Shown: in pieces, positions 42,201-56,842 of the stretch
Numbering within the stretch: the first letter of the stretch is position 1
Layout: each line of letters opens with the position of its first letter
Assembly (NCBI GenBank): GCA_951406725.2
Contig: OX597833.1
Location: forward strand, 27,404,001 to 27,468,000
DNA: 64,000 bases
Source: Octopus vulgaris
Taxonomy: Eukaryota
Direction: 5' to 3'
Translations under genes and position numbers: made by a program
The notes under the pieces: generated by a model
The model's input: only the letters and a program-made list of their open reading frames with translations
Told to the model about the DNA's origin: nothing
Databases searched by the model: none

Positions 42201-43194
42201 GACAGAATCAGTTGCGAGACTACTATCAAATTAGGTTTAGTTCCATTAAACAGAATCTCGTAGCCAATTTAAGTTTTTCTAGGTGGAACTTCTGTTGTCT
42301 CATCTCTATTCTCAGCTTGTTCTTTTTCTAATGGCTTCAGCTCCTCGTTAGATTAACTTTTTCTCTGGAACACTAGCAACTCAATCACATCATCTTCTAT
42401 GACTTCTTCAAATCCTACGTCATTTGCAAGTCTGGTCATATACAGTCTGGTCATATACTTTTCCAAGTACTATTCAAAGTTGAAGGATTCACTTCATCCT
42501 ATAACTCAGCTTATATTATCCATAGCATCTATTATATTGAATCTCTCCCATAAATCTCTAGCTGTAGGTTTATCTTCCCATCAACTGTCTTCATAAGTTG
42601 TTAAAAAGTTCTTCCTATACAATATACCTTTGAAGTTCTTCTCATATATTATGCCTTTCAAACCAGCTTTTACTGACAAAAATACGTTTTTCATTAGAAG
42701 TTTCACCTTCCTTTTTCGGCAAATTGCCACATAAATTTTTGGTTCTTTTTTTAATTACCGTAGCGTTTATTGACACATTACACCGATTCTGATTCTCGAT
42801 CCATTCACTCAAAAGTCACTCTATTTTAATCATAACATTAGATCAATGGGGAAATCAATCCGGACAGTTAACGGAGTAGCTTCTTGAACACATAACATAC
42901 TTTTCCTTCAGTTGTCATAGTGTTCCCACTGTGAAACGTTGCAAGATTTAATGCTTTGGCAAACTTAATTTTTCTTCCGCATCAAAATCTTTTTAAAACA
43001 TCAAGTTTAATATTCAATGTAATCCTTTTAAACTGAGGACAAATCTATCAGTAAAGCTGATGAATTATCCACAATTAAAATATGTAATAAAAAAAAAGCC
43101 AGCCCAACAAAGGTTTGACTTTTCAGAGGAGAAAATAGTCTTTGTTCCTATAGATGTAAAAATGAAAATGAGATGGAAAAGTGAAAGACTGAGG

Positions 43195-43246
<52 letters not shown>

Positions 43247-43652
43247 CGCACACACTCTAGCACACACGTGTTAGAGTGCATGCTGGTATCTTGTTGTCGG
43301 TTGGATTCAAAAATAGGTGGGTCGATAGTGAGGATGATGTGGGTTGCATTGATTAAGATGTTAGTGACGGTGGGTGGATATTGTTGGTGGTGTAGTGATC
43401 ATACTGTTCTTGCGAATTGTTTTGTTGTGGCTGCTTAATCTGAAGTCAGTCCTTGTAGACCTAAGATCGAAGACATTGCAATTCAACTTTTAAAATACTC
43501 TAGGATACCACATCATATGGTTTTATTTGAAACGGATTTGCGTATCTACTTCATACTGTATATTACTATTGCTCTTGGTGGTTGTACTGGTATGGATGAT
43601 AGAAACACGCACACATTGATACATACATACATATGTGTGTGTGTGCGCGCGC

Positions 43653-43695
<43 letters not shown>

Positions 43696-43696
43696 T

Positions 43697-43944
43697 GGAG
43701 GCGCGTGGCTTAGTGGTTGGGGTGTCAGCATCATAAACGTAAGATTGTGTTTTCGATTCCTGGACCGGGCGACGCGTTGTGTTCTTGAGCAAAACACTTC
43801 ATTTCACGTTGCTCCAGTTCACTCAGCTGGCAAAAATGAGTAACGCTGCGATGGATTGGCGTCCCGTCCAGCTGGGGAACACATACGCCGTTGAAACCGG
43901 GAAATCGGGCCCATGAGCCTGACTAGGCTTTAAAAGGGTGCATT

Positions 43945-43951
<7 letters not shown>
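43697..43951 (+). mobile_element. SINE family C variant
   Basis: GGAGGCGCGTGGCTTAGTGG (A box), TTCGATTCC (B box), CORE-like segment. Confidence 0.88.
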
Positions 43952-43976
<25 letters not shown>

Positions 43977-43980
<4 letters not shown>

Positions 43981-44477
43981 TACAAAATTAGAAAATGGAG
44001 AAACATACTTAAATCAATAAAACATCAACTAACAGATGATACCCAATCAATACTTTATTACACCATTACATATCATAGGTTAAATGAGGTATGACTACCC
44101 TTACTGCTGAAACAGCTGTCAGATATGATATAATCACATATTTTATTTTATATTTTATATTTCTATTTCCTTGTCTATTTATATTTACTATATATTTTGT
44201 ATAATGCCTTTACTGATATGTAATGGTGTAATAAAGTATTGATTGGGTATCGTCTGTTAGTTGATGTTTTATTGATTTAAGTATGTTTCTCCATTTTCTA
44301 ATTTTGTAGTATTAATTTACGGTAATATTATTACCTTTGCCCATATAATACAATAGATGAACTAATTGCTTGGCAATTTTTAACATCTATGTATTAGTCT
44401 TGTTGGGTACCTATCTAGCAGTATATTGGATATATGTTATCCCATGGTGGGTTGAATTTTTCAACCCCTATCTCATT

Positions 44478-44481
<4 letters not shown>
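43977..44481 (+). mobile_element. Penelope-like fold-back element: 99-bp inverted arms, spacer with hammerhead 3' half, one-sided tail
   Basis: Arms 43977-44075 and 44214-44312 (1 mismatch); GAAACAGCTGTC at 44109-44120; (TA)n on both sides. Confidence 0.85.
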
Positions 44482-44518
<37 letters not shown>

Positions 44519-44569
44519 AATGCACCCTTTTAAAGCCTAGCCAGGCTCATGGGTCCGATTTCTCGGTTT

Positions 44570-44669
<100 letters not shown>

Positions 44670-46419
44670 TCACATTACGTTAATTTTATATACGTGTGTA
44701 ACGTAATGATAGTTTCTCAAATCGTTAACCATATACTTTGATCTCAAAACGCAAGTGGTCATTGTGCTAAGAAGAAAGAGTAGTTTTAAATTGTTAACAA
44801 CTGAAAACTACACAAGTTTCTATAAAAGCGAAATTACGGACCGTATCCCGAAATTAAGGCCGCACTTTACAACTTCCGTAAGCGCGAAATCCCGTAATCT
44901 GAGGTGACCGTAACGCGGGGAATTCCTGTATGTACTTGCTCATGGGCGGTCTGTTGATCTAGGATTGTTTTCAAGTAAATGTTACCTTAAGAGTAACGAT
45001 AAACGACAATAAAAAGCGTCCCTTATACGGCCATTCCTGTACTGCACAGCAGTTAATTACTTTAAAGGTACATTCCTTTGCTAAGAGCTTCAATGTCTGT
45101 AAATATCGGTCTAGTAATTCATTAAACTCCAGCCAAAACATGATGCGCATATGCTCCCTCTTGGTTTCACACATAGCCGGTAGTACATTTAGAGCAGCAT
45201 TTTATATAGACACATTAATAATATATTTAGATACTTTTGGTGATGCATAATTGATGAAATAGATTTAGTTTATTGATATCTTGTCCTTAGAAGTGTAGCA
45301 CTACAATAAAGTTTTGAAACATTTTCTATCAGTGTGGCCACTCCTAAACAACATGTGTGTAATAAGGGTGCATCCAAAGGTTATGAGCAGAGGAACTTTT
45401 CCATGAAGAAATGGTGAATAAATTAACATACTTTAAGACTAATTTACCTTTCTCGTGTTTTATTCGCCAATAAACGAAACTAATAGTGCATGTTACAAAC
45501 CGGAAGAGGTTTGTAATAGCAAACACACAAGGGAGACTACTTAGTTCTATAACGGATTATAGTTCAAGTATTAGTATCTTGGTTAGCCTTAAACCTCTTG
45601 TTGGGTTGTTCACTACTAGTGTTAAGTACAAAAGTACAAGAACAGTAAACACTTCCAAAAACCACACGACCCAGTAACAGCGCTCTTAGTTGGTCAGTCA
45701 ACTTGCTCAGAATAGCAGGTTGGTCTCCTTCAAATCATACTATAATGTCTTATTAAAAAAAAAGGGGGTGGGTCACATTGGAAAATATTTCTAGGGTGCA
45801 CCATGCCTGAAGTGGAGGCTAGAAAGCGTTTGATCTCTGGTCTGCTGGATCGCGACAGGCTTGGAGTTAAACAATCGACGAAATATTTATACCGAACGGT
45901 ATGCGATTCAATCCTGCGTACCACTAAATAGAGGAATGGTAAATCTGGAATATTTGATCTTTGAATTTCACCTGGTCGTTCAACTAGGGGCTTGTTAGAT
46001 CAGAGGTGACACGAGGAATGCAAAATAACAATCAGCTCTTCTATTCTATTCTTGAAAATGGTTTCGTCTAATTTTTCTCAAATGAGGTAGCTACAAACAA
46101 GTACCAGATTTGGGATTGGTAAGGTCCTTCGTGCTAAAAGAAAATTAAACCATAAAACCTCATAAAAATTTAAAATACATGTCCCATTTAATTATTTTGA
46201 GACCTCACTACCACTGGTAGAATTTTTACTAGTGCAATAGCAAACCAAAATATGGTAGGATTTCTTAATGGGTTCCGACATTGGTAGGTCTTTTCCTACA
46301 AATGTTAAAACCTACGAGTGCTTGTTATGTGCGAGCTTTTAATTGATTAAGCTCTACGAAAAACTGTGAGCCTCATACATTCACTACAGTTAACATTCAG
46401 CGTAAAAGCCTGTACGCAA

Positions 46420-46605
46420 TCACACGACTAACAAAAATAGCAACCAAATCTCCCTCAAATCCCATCCTGTCTTAGAAAAGAACACATGGATAACGTAGTT
46501 CTGGGGCTCTTGCACTTAAGGAGAAAAAGACGAGATGGTCACAGCTGGAATGATTTTGAGCATAAGTCTGCTCCATCAGAACAACCTCAGGCTTGACAAA
46601 AACAC

Positions 46606-46654
<49 letters not shown>

Positions 46655-47205
46655 GTTCTTAGCTCTACAACTATCCTCGTAATACTATAGATACCTGATA
46701 ACACTTGAACTGCTCTTATCTCAGCCACTACTATTGTACCATTGCAACCACCATCACCACATCTACTACTACCACGACAACACCAGCCATCGCTGTATAA
46801 GTACAGACAGCACCACATCCGCTACTAATCCACCACAGTCACCAGCACATAACTACAACCACAATTTTACTACCTCACTTACCACCGCCACCACCACCAT
46901 TGTGACGACCAGCACACCAGTGCAAATAGCAATACCACACCACTGCAGCTACAACTACTATACGTACGAGCTAACGTGGAAATCTCAGCATAGTCGCCCG
47001 ACCTCGTAGAAACAGCAGCCAAATTCTCCCTCAAATTACGTCTGTACCGACCTTAAAAATGGACATTGGATAATGTAGTCTAAAATAGGCTTATCTAACG
47101 GTAGAAAAAAAAGAAAAGAATGAATGAAAAAGGTATGGTCATTGCTTGAATGTCTTTGATCAAAGATCTGCTTGCTCAAGGTTGACCTAGGGCTCATCAC
47201 CATAT
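46420..47205 (+). repeat. Two copies of an old dispersed repeat (family E), separated by ACT/ACC low complexity
   Basis: AGCAGCCAAAT.TCCCTCAAAT..GATGGTCA..GCT.GAATG..TTTGA..ATA..TCTGCT..GACCT.GGGCT. Similar copies near 9110, 26100, 29440, 45690, 61960 and 63240. Confidence 0.65.
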
Positions 47206-47759
47206 TGTTATAAACTACCATCGCGCTAATACTCCAACTAACACGCCGCTACAGCCGCCACCATCACCACCTAGCTAAACAAGAACAACAGCAACATTAT
47301 AACTGCCAGCCCTAACACGCAACTGCAACTACCACCTCGCCACTTCAGCCATTGCCACACAAATGTTGCTACCACCACACCACAACAAACAGCCACTTCA
47401 GTCACACCACTTCATACGCAAGCTTTTTAACTACCAATACAGTTGAGTCTTGAGAGTGGTGCGGTGACACTCATTCGGGTCCTCAATGACGTTAAATGAA
47501 AACTACAAAGAATCGGCACTAAAACAAAAACTACAATAATAAACGAAGAAGAAGAGGTAGAAAGAGAGAACAAAAATGTATGAAACAAAGAAGTGAGATA
47601 GAAGGAAAGAGAAGAAGAAAGGAACAAAGAAAGAAGTGAAAGCGGAGGCAAGCAGCAGTGGTGGCAGTAGGGAGGGGGATAAAGAAGGAGAAGGTGGAGG
47701 AAGAGCAGATGGAAGAGGAAAAAACGAAAAACGAGCTGAATGAAGTACAGTAGAGTTGG

Positions 47760-48104
47760 AGGTAGAGTTGTTTCCCCCTTAGGTTGCTACCAACGCCACC
47801 TGCTTAGACCGGTTGACCGATCAACTCCCTTGTCATCACGTCATCCTTAACCGGGCGGCCAGACGGACAGTGAATGAATCTAACACGGCTACATTACCAC
47901 AAACAAACCACCTGGTCACAGTGATAACCATAAAAAAATATTCCGTCACTTTAAGTTACTTGAAATTATTCGTCTTCTACGCCACAGTTTCTAAATTTCT
48001 GAGATAACAATTATAAAAGAAAAAGAAAAAAAACACAGCTTCAATTATCGGCCCCTGAGTGGGTTTTCTTTAGGACAGGTACAGAATTTAGTGGACACCG
48101 CCAG
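47760..48104 (+). promoter_or_regulatory. Probable promoter/5' UTR of a + strand gene
   Basis: Unique CpG-retaining sequence with CACGTCA, X-box-like GTTGCTACCAAC and CTCF/YY1-like CCGCCAGATGGC; followed by a strong donor and CpG-depleted DNA. Confidence 0.5.
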
Positions 48105-48161
48105 ATGGCTTATGGAGTCGTGACTCTATTGAGCAGAATAACTTCAACGTTTGGATTGACT
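48105..48161 (+). CDS. Candidate first coding exon (MAYGVVTLLSRITSTFGLT), phase 0
   Basis: cagATGG start, 19 codons, then GTAAGT donor at 48162-48167; no downstream exon recognised. Confidence 0.4.
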
Positions 48162-49270
48162 GTAAGTATATATATAATTGATGTATAAATCCACCTTTAT
48201 ATTTACTATATATATATTACAGTAAATATGTGTATGTATTTAAATATATATATATATAGTACCAAGCCTCTAATTTTAACTGGGTTTCTATTAATGATGA
48301 AGATGTTTCATCTTTTGTGTGGTTGGTTTTGGTTTCTTCCTATTTTTATTTTGAGTTATACAAAGGCGATATGTGTGTTAGTCGATTTTGAAAAGTTATA
48401 TAAAACATCAGCCAGCGGGATTGTCTCCTTGGATACATATATACATACCTACATTCATATATATATATATATTGTATAGATATTGACTATTGATGAACAG
48501 AGTTTGTATATGTTGACCACGGAAATCGATAGACCCAGTAAACATGTTCATTGTATAGACAAGCACGGTGTCTGGCGGTTGACTGGATAAATAGATACAG
48601 TGTGTAGTGGTGGTTGTATAGATAGACTCTATAGACGTTGGTTATAGAGACATTCTTTGTGTAAATATTGACCATAGATAGGCTGAGGATATAGATTCTA
48701 ACTGTACAAAGTATCTATGTGTAAAGATAGTATGTAACATAGTTGATGTTAGTTGGGCAGATTAGATAGTGTTTAGAAGATACGTAAGTATCGAGTGTTT
48801 AGACAGATTGAGGATGTTAACTATATGGATACAATACGTACGTGTTAACTGGCTGAGTCACTATGTGTATATATACACCCTGCTTCTCTCTCAATGATAT
48901 GTGATGCCATCATATTCATAATTGTAGCATCCGAGTTTTCTTTCTGATACAGGTTGGATAGGTTTGTTGCACATAATATCGTTTCCTTGATTGTGAAACC
49001 GTTTCTACAAGGTTTAATATCTAGAAATCTGACTCTGACACTGTCTCAACTAGCTCCCAGTCAGAATATGGTGTTTTTTCAACCATTTCTTAACACCCGG
49101 TGATATCATAACTCCATACCAGTGCAGAGATCTTACACATACATCAGCTTATGCTGTAATGTCCACTCACTCTTCTTAAGTCTATTACAGATTCTACAGC
49201 ATCTTTTGCATACCTATTGCTTGTACTGATTGCACATATTCAGCAAGTTACATCCCAGATGGCTTATTAA

Positions 49271-49488
49271 CCCTTTCTACTTCAGAAAGCAGATATATCC
49301 CACTCAAGATTTTATTACTCGTAACTGCAGAAAGCAGCTTTCTGTACAAATCTATTTTTTCTTCATAAATGTCATGTTTGAAACTATTTTCTGTTAAGAT
49401 ATGTCAAGTTTATTGAAGCAGTATGACTTGCAGAAAATACCAATTCATCACTGGAACGACTCTGAAATTTAATTTTGCAGTGAAAGGG
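49271..49488. mobile_element. piggyBac-like MITE
   Basis: TTAA|CCCTTTC ... GAAAGGG|TTAA. Confidence 0.75.
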
Positions 49489-49924
49489 TTAATTAGCATT
49501 TCGTCTTTGTTAAGTTGATCTTTAACCTCTAAAATTTTATTTTTTTAGTTCTTTGGCAAATACTGCAAAGAAACTATTTCAACAAAAGCAGGAATTTTTG
49601 CTGCTAAATTTAGCAGTGTAGAAGTTCTTTCAGTGATTTATGTGGTCTTTATTTTAAAGGGAAAAGGGAGCGTTTAGAAGATTTAGTTGTTAGATTGAGT
49701 GAGAATAGCAACATTATAGAATTTCCCTTGCTGGTTGGTGTTGTTATACTCCTTAATATAATTAAGGATTGTTAATCATACCATCTCTCCTTTCTACCTT
49801 TTCTATTACGGCTACAATGGCCTCTTCTCCTGAATAAACTACTTACCCACCTCTGCTATCCTGGATCCAGTCATACCATCAGCTTTGTCTTTCATCACTG
49901 TGACTATATCTAATTTCCTATGTC

Positions 49925-50700
49925 ATCATTTCTGTTTCGACTTGGTTTCTATGACTTGATGCCCTTCTAACCACTTTACAAAGTGTACTGGATGCTTTTT
50001 ATGTGGCACCATCACCAGTGCTTTTTACATGTCACCTTGGTTTTAGGATATAAATTCTGCTGTGATAGTGGATCTTCTTGAGTACAGCAATTAGTCACAT
50101 ATTTCAGTCCACTGTCATCTCCTTCGTAAGGCTCAGTGTTTAGAGATCAGCCTTCAGTAGTCCATCCCATATCTACCTGGGTCTCCCTCTTCCATAACTT
50201 CCCTCCACTTTAAGTGATTGGCACTTTATGCAACTGACCTCATCCATCTATATCACATCACCAAACCAGCACAGTCTCATCTCTTGCACACTTCATATAA
50301 TTCTTCTTATGCTCAATTTTTCTCTCAAAACACAGATGTTCTGTCACACATGTACACTGACATTGCACATCCAGTGGAACATACCAGCTTTGTTGCTGTC
50401 TAGTCTTTGCATGTCATCAGGGCCCATGTTTCATTATCATGTAGCATTGCAGTTCATACACATGTGTCACACAATCTTCCTTTCACTCAGAGAGAGGGAC
50501 TTTTGGTTGCTAACAGATGAAAGCTCTTTGAACTTTTTCCATCTTATTCTTGTTCTAGCACTTTCTGTACAACTTCCTCCACTGCTAATTAAGTTGCCTA
50601 GGTAGCAGAAATTATCTACAACTTCTAGAGTGTCTCTGAGACATTTGAGGGAATTTGTAGTCTTTATAGCATCTTGTACATCTACCACATACAAACACTA
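49925..50700 (-). mobile_element. Decayed RTE LINE 3' fragment
   Basis: LEVVDNFCYLGNLISSGG.C.E..R.RI.WKKF.EL, homologous to 57335-58447. Confidence 0.85.
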
Positions 50701-51439
50701 CTTTCATGCTAAACTATGAAAATAGCATCAGTGGTACTTCTCCACAGGACAAAATCAAACTGCATTTCATCTAATTTTGTTCCTAATTAACTGGGCTGTA
50801 ACTCTCTCCTCAACTTTCATCCTCTGGTCCAGTAACTTGATGCTGTATGAAACACTTCATTCTATTTTTCTTCCCCAGAATTACAGACTTCAGAAATTCC
50901 TTCCCTTGCCTCACATTTTGCCAGGAGATGTCATGCTACAGTTATTTAAAGTTAAACATTAACCATAGAAATCTCTTCTGTCATGATGACCCTTTGTTTT
51001 ATTATATACATCATCAGCCTTTAACTTCACAAAACTCCACATCTCTGAGGTTGTTCAAGAGCGCCAAAACCAGCAGAGGACAGTGGAGCAGGGATTGAGT
51101 TTTGATCTGGAACCATTGACCCTCACAAGATAAAGATGGTGGTGGTGATGAGGGGCAAGATGCCACATGATAGTGTATTGATAAGCAAACAAGCAAACGG
51201 TAATAGTAATGATTTTTGTGATGATGATGATAGTTGTGGTGGTAGTGTTAATGATGACAGTAGTGATAGTTGTGATGACAAGGAATGGATGTTGCTGTGT
51301 CCTGTCTTTATTCCAAATCCAAACTCCACTTGACTGATAGAGAGAAGCCAGAATATGACTGAAAGTTTACCCTTCATCTCATTGCATGCCACAGACATCT
51401 CTGAATAGGTTTGGTGTTGCTCTTCATAAATCAGTCTTT

Positions 51440-52620
51440 CCAGTTGCTGATATTATCAACCTGGAGAAAGCTTTTGACTGAGTCCCATGCTCTGTTATCT
51501 GTTAGGAGTAGATGAGTGGATTGGTAGAGCTGTACAAGCCATGTACAGCAGTGTTAGCAGGGTGAGAGTTGGTCATGAATACAGTAATAAAGGATACAAG
51601 TAGGGGTCCACCAGGGCTCAGTTCTCAGTTCACTATTATTAATCATCATCTTCCAGGCCATAACAGAAATTCAAAATGGGATACCTGTGGGAACTAGTAT
51701 ATGCTGATGACCTTGCTCTTGTTACAGAATCTATAGCAGAATTGGAGAAATTCCTGTTATGGAAGCAAAGCCTGAAAGTTAACCTAGTGAAGACAAAAGT
51801 TGTTAGCAAGAAAGTAGATAAGACTTTCTTACCATCAGGTAAATGGCTCTGCCAAATATGTAGAAAAGGAATTGGAAGTGATTCCATTCCCTGCACCCAG
51901 TGGAATCACAAATAGATTAACAGATAAAGTTGTCTTTGTATGTGGCAGAGGTGCAGGTGCAATAAGCACTAAGGTCACACAGGAATTAGACTCTCCCAAA
52001 TGTCCAGGTGGCTCTCTTGAGATTGTGGATAGTTTCTGTTACTTAGGTGACCAAATTAGCAATGGTGGAGGATGTTCTGAAAGTATTTTTCCCAGAATAA
52101 GAATAGGATGGAGGAAGTTCAGAGAGCTATTACCTCTGTTGGCAACAAAAGGACTCTCTCTTAGATTGAAAGGTAGATTGTAAGATGCTTGTGTATGAAT
52201 GGCTATAATCACTCCATGGTAGTGAGACATGGGCTCTGAATGTAAAAGGCATGCATAGATTTGAGAGGAATGAAGGTAGTATGCTCTGTTAGATGTGCAA
52301 TGTCAGTATGCACATACGACATAAGTGCAAATGTATTGAAAGAAAAGTTGGGAATAAGAGGAACCAGATGCAGCATGCAAGAAAGCAGACTGCGTTGGTT
52401 TGGACATGTGATGGGTATAAATGAAGACAGCTGTATAAAGAAATGCTGATCACAGAGAGTGGATGACACCAGTGAAAGAGGGAGGCCCAGGAAGACATGG
52501 GATGAAGTGGTGAGGACTGATCTCAGGATGTTGGGCCTCACAGAAGAGATGACAATGGACCAAGATATCTGGCAATATGAGGTTCTCGAGAAGACCCACC
52601 AACTTCAGTTTTAGATGCAT
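51440..52620 (+). mobile_element. Decayed RTE LINE (RT with PHD remnant)
   Basis: WELVYADDLAL..VNL.KTKV..W.C.IC.KG.G..SI.C..C..FVC.R..F.YLGD..LRWFGHV. Confidence 0.9.
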
Positions 52621-53300
52621 TGTGGGTTCCATCCACATGTAACAACAATGAAACTTTTCCCACCCAACAAACCAAACCATATCTCTCTTCTCCTCTTCCT
52701 CACAGTTTCTCTTTCTATGCGCTATGCTTAAGATTATTTCTTGCTTGCCGATCCTGTCCTCACTGTCGTGCTCACTCTACCAGTGCTATCCTGTTGACTC
52801 CCACCCACTCTGTATGCCCAGGTTTTACCAATCACTGCATTCCTCATCCTCACACTCTTTGCATTCATGTAAAGTCTCTACTCCCTACCCATGCACCTTG
52901 GCAATACCCTACCATTTATATTCTGACCCCATATCTTGAGGGCATGCCCTTCCACTTTACCACCACTTATCTCTCCCTTGCTCTAGTCTATCATCCCATT
53001 TATATTCTGATCCCCATTCCTTTTAAGTATATCCTGGCACTTCACTATTTTTCCCCTGCTTTCTTTCACTCTCTCTTTCCCTTGCTCTCTCCCTCTGACT
53101 GGTATCTCCTCTACAGCAACACACCTGTTCCTGACTTAGTCTTTCTCTCTCTCTGTGACATGTACTTCCTCTACAGCAAGACACCTGTTTCTGTCTCTTT
53201 GTCACATTAACCTTTCATCATCTGCCAGTGCCCCATCCCCTGAGCACTCATTATCACTGTTTAATATTAGAGTATATTTATATATATATATATATATATA

Positions 53301-53463
53301 GGTGCAGGCATGGCTGTGTGGTAAGAAGTTTACTTCCCAAACACATGGTTCTGGGTTCAGTCCCACTGCATGGCACCTTGGGCAAGTGTCTTCTACTATA
53401 GCCTCAGGCTGACCAAAGCCTTGTGAATGGATTTGGTAGATAAAAACTGAAAGAAACCCTTTG

Positions 53464-53494
<31 letters not shown>

Positions 53495-53698
53495 ATCTTT
53501 GTGTATGTGTTTGACACCCACTACCAATTGACAACTGGTAATGGTGTGCTAATGTCCTCATAACTTAGCAGTTTGGTAAAAGATACTGATAGAATAAGTA
53601 TCAGGCTTCAAAAATAAGTACTGGGGTCAATTAGTTCAACTAAAATTCCTCAAGGTGGTGCCCCAGCATGGCCACAGTCTAATGAGTAAAGCAAACGA
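53301..53698 (+). mobile_element. SINE family A, CpG-decayed
   Basis: Full organisation, but consensus CpGs read TG/CA. Confidence 0.9.
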
Positions 53699-54854
53699 AT
53701 ATATATACTGTTAAGAAGTTTGTTTTGCAATTGTGGGACAGGATCCTAGATTTGATCCTACTGCGTATTGTTTAAGGTAAATGTCATTTGTCATGACCTT
53801 AGGTCAACCTAAGCATTGTGGGTGAATTCAGGTATACAAACTGTTTGGAAGCTTCCTGATGGATTGAACCTGTGATTCAAAGGTCCATTCTTGTAACACT
53901 TTATCTTACTCTGATTCTGCCTGAGAATTACATTAAGTGGAATACCTTACCACATGTACCTTAATTCAATGTGTCAGTAGTTCACTTAATCAAATAACTA
54001 AATATTCATTATCAAAATCAACAGAGATCCATTTGCATGTGTGTTTCTCAGTGTATATGTGTATTACACAATTACATTGTCTCCAATTTGCTCTCAATGT
54101 GTGACATTGAGCAAGTGTCTACTACAGTTGACTAGTACTCAATGAAATATGATAGCCTGAAAGTATAGAAGCCTGCTTGAAGGACACTTGTATGGCAGTC
54201 TTAATCTGCCACCTAATTAGAAATGGCAATGGTTACAGATTTTCCTCTTCTTACTAATTATTAAGACATGAAGAAGGCCTCTCTCTAGACACTGAGCCTT
54301 ACAAAGGAGATGACTAAGGACTAAGATTTCTGGCAAATTGCTCTACTCAGGAAGACCTGTCCATCACAGCAGAATTGATACTGGAGCTGGTGCTACATAA
54401 AATTCACCCAGTACACTTTGTGGAGTGGTTGGCATTAGGAACAGTATCCAGCCATAGAAGCCATACCAGAACAGACAATGGATCCTGGGGTGGCCCCTGG
54501 CCAGTCAAACCTTCTAACTCATGCCAGCATGGAAAATGGATGTTCAATGATGATGTCTTATTAAAACTATACTTTACAGTATCTTTATTATTCCTTAATA
54601 TTTTATTTAGAATAATATATTTCTTTAGTCATTCAGCCTTCCAAGATCTTTCTTGTTTTAAGAAATGGATTTCTGTTGACATTGATCAAACTCAATGTCT
54701 TTCAAGGTTAATTATGCCTATGGCCACTGCCCCTCATGCTGTGGCCATTTGATGGTTATACATTCATCTGCCCTTAAAGCACAAGCAGCTCTAAAAACTT
54801 CATTTGAGATCCATAGTAATAATCCTTAACTTGAAAAAGCCTGTCTGTTGATTA

Positions 54855-54955
54855 AATTCAACCTTAGTGCTTGACTGATATTTTATTTCATTGACACTGG
54901 AAGAATGAATGGCAAAGTTGACCTCAGTGGGATTTGAACTCAAAACATAAAAGAC
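54855..54955 (-). mobile_element. SINE family B fragment, CpG-decayed
   Basis: GGCAAAGTTGACCTCAGTGGGATTTGAACTCA vs consensus GTCGACCTCGGCGG. Confidence 0.65.
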
Positions 54956-56631
54956 TCATTTCTGATGTTATGATTGTATCAACTGGTTTCTATGGTGTTT
55001 ATTGTAGGTGAGTCTCTGGACTTTATAGTTTCTGAGTGCATTGATTTATTGAATCAATCAGAAATAAATTGTGCCATGGTGTCTGATCTTTTTTTTTTCT
55101 TTTTTTCTTCTTGTTTTTTTTTTTTTATGAATCCCTTATTTGGGATGGCATAATGTTCTTCCCTGATCTATTTTCTCTCCTTGGATTTCTATCTCCTCTA
55201 AACAGTTTTTTTGCCTTTTTTTTTTTCTTTTGTCAAATCTTCATTGTTAATCATTATCTAAAGTTTCTCTGGCACTTTTTTGAGTACTTTCTTTACTAGA
55301 GGTCTGAAATGCTTGTATTCTGTATGAAACCCTTCAATAATCTCTTTAATTCATGTGACTGTATAATCTAGGGTTTCTTATGCAAAACATTTGAGGGCTT
55401 TGATGATGTTAGTCAGGTTCAACAATACTGCTTTTTCCTAAAGTTTTCAAAGGCAGGATATCACTTGTGAGTGACACAAGGACAACAGTAGAGCTGGCTG
55501 CAGTTGAAGCCATACTAGTAACCACTGACAATGGGAAGTGACTGGCCATGACAGCTTCCACAGTACTTGATTAACTAGTGCTTTTTCTAGAAACTTAAAA
55601 GTGTCAGAGTTAGATAAAATTACAAACATATACCTTTAAATACCTGGTACTTCTAAGAATCACTCCACTCAACACTGTAGGCAACTGCTTCTATCAGCTA
55701 TGTCAAGTTCCTAGAATCTAAAAACTGAGCAAATTCATAGCATTTCTAAAACCCTAAAAAAACCCAAATGAAGTAACATCATTCTATGGATAATCTCCAT
55801 AGTTTTAAAACACTCATCCATGACCATACTCACCAAACCATTACATTCAACCACCACACGCACAAGGTACATGACACCTTCAAAAAAACTCCTCTCCCAT
55901 TTGCCATTCTAACTGCCATCAATATTACTAAACTTCCAGAACTTAAATCTCCAGATTGTTATATCACTGGGATCCATCCTCATACTCTCTTCAATGTAGA
56001 CCTACATGGCCTTCCAACATTTCCCCCAAAAGACAAACAACTTCAGGCACAGATACCATCATAATCATAATCTCCCACTCCTCCCCATTATACTACAACA
56101 TTAAAAGAATTACCTCTAGACCTATGGATATTTAAAGATACATTCCTATCATTCAGGAACAGATTTAGGTTTCGCAAATTCTGTCTCACGGAGGAACATC
56201 ACATTCTCTACTACGACAATCTTGAACAAAATGTCTCAGTTACCTCTACTATCTACCATATGCCAAAGTTTCTTCTGATTATCTTCAAAACAGAACCATC
56301 TCCAGACAGAAAGAACTCAACATCATAGATCATATGACCAATCAAAAGCATCCAATGCTTTCTAATGTCCTGAACAATCATTTTATTGTCTCTTATTTAA
56401 ATTCACTGATGAATGCTATTTACCTCTATACAATTCATTCTTATTTTTATGTCCACTTCTTCCTTGCTGGCATTAGTTGGACAAGATTTTTTGAAGCAAT
56501 TCTTCAGCTGAATGCTTTTTCTGAACCAACTCTTATTTTCTTTACTAGACAACAAACCACTCTCAAATATTTTGCTTCTGGGAGATATAATGTCACTGCT
56601 ATCTAAGTTTGAAGACAAATACATACACATA

Positions 56632-56790
56632 GATGCAGGCATGGTTGTGTGGTAAGTAGCTTGCTTACTAACCACATGGTTCCGGGGTTCAGTCCCACTG
56701 CACAGCACTTTGGGCAAGTGTCTTCTACTATAGCCACGGGTCGACCAAAGCTTTGTGAGTGGATTTGGTAGACAGAGACTGAAAGAAGCC

Positions 56791-56842
<52 letters not shown>

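Noticed and set aside
52620-53210. 196-aa ORF
   Set aside because: CT-rich low-complexity sequence after an RTE end; no recognisable domain or exon signals.
55786-56340. Possible LINE ORF1 remnant (C/A-rich, knuckle-like KFCL..H)
   Set aside because: Too decayed to assign.
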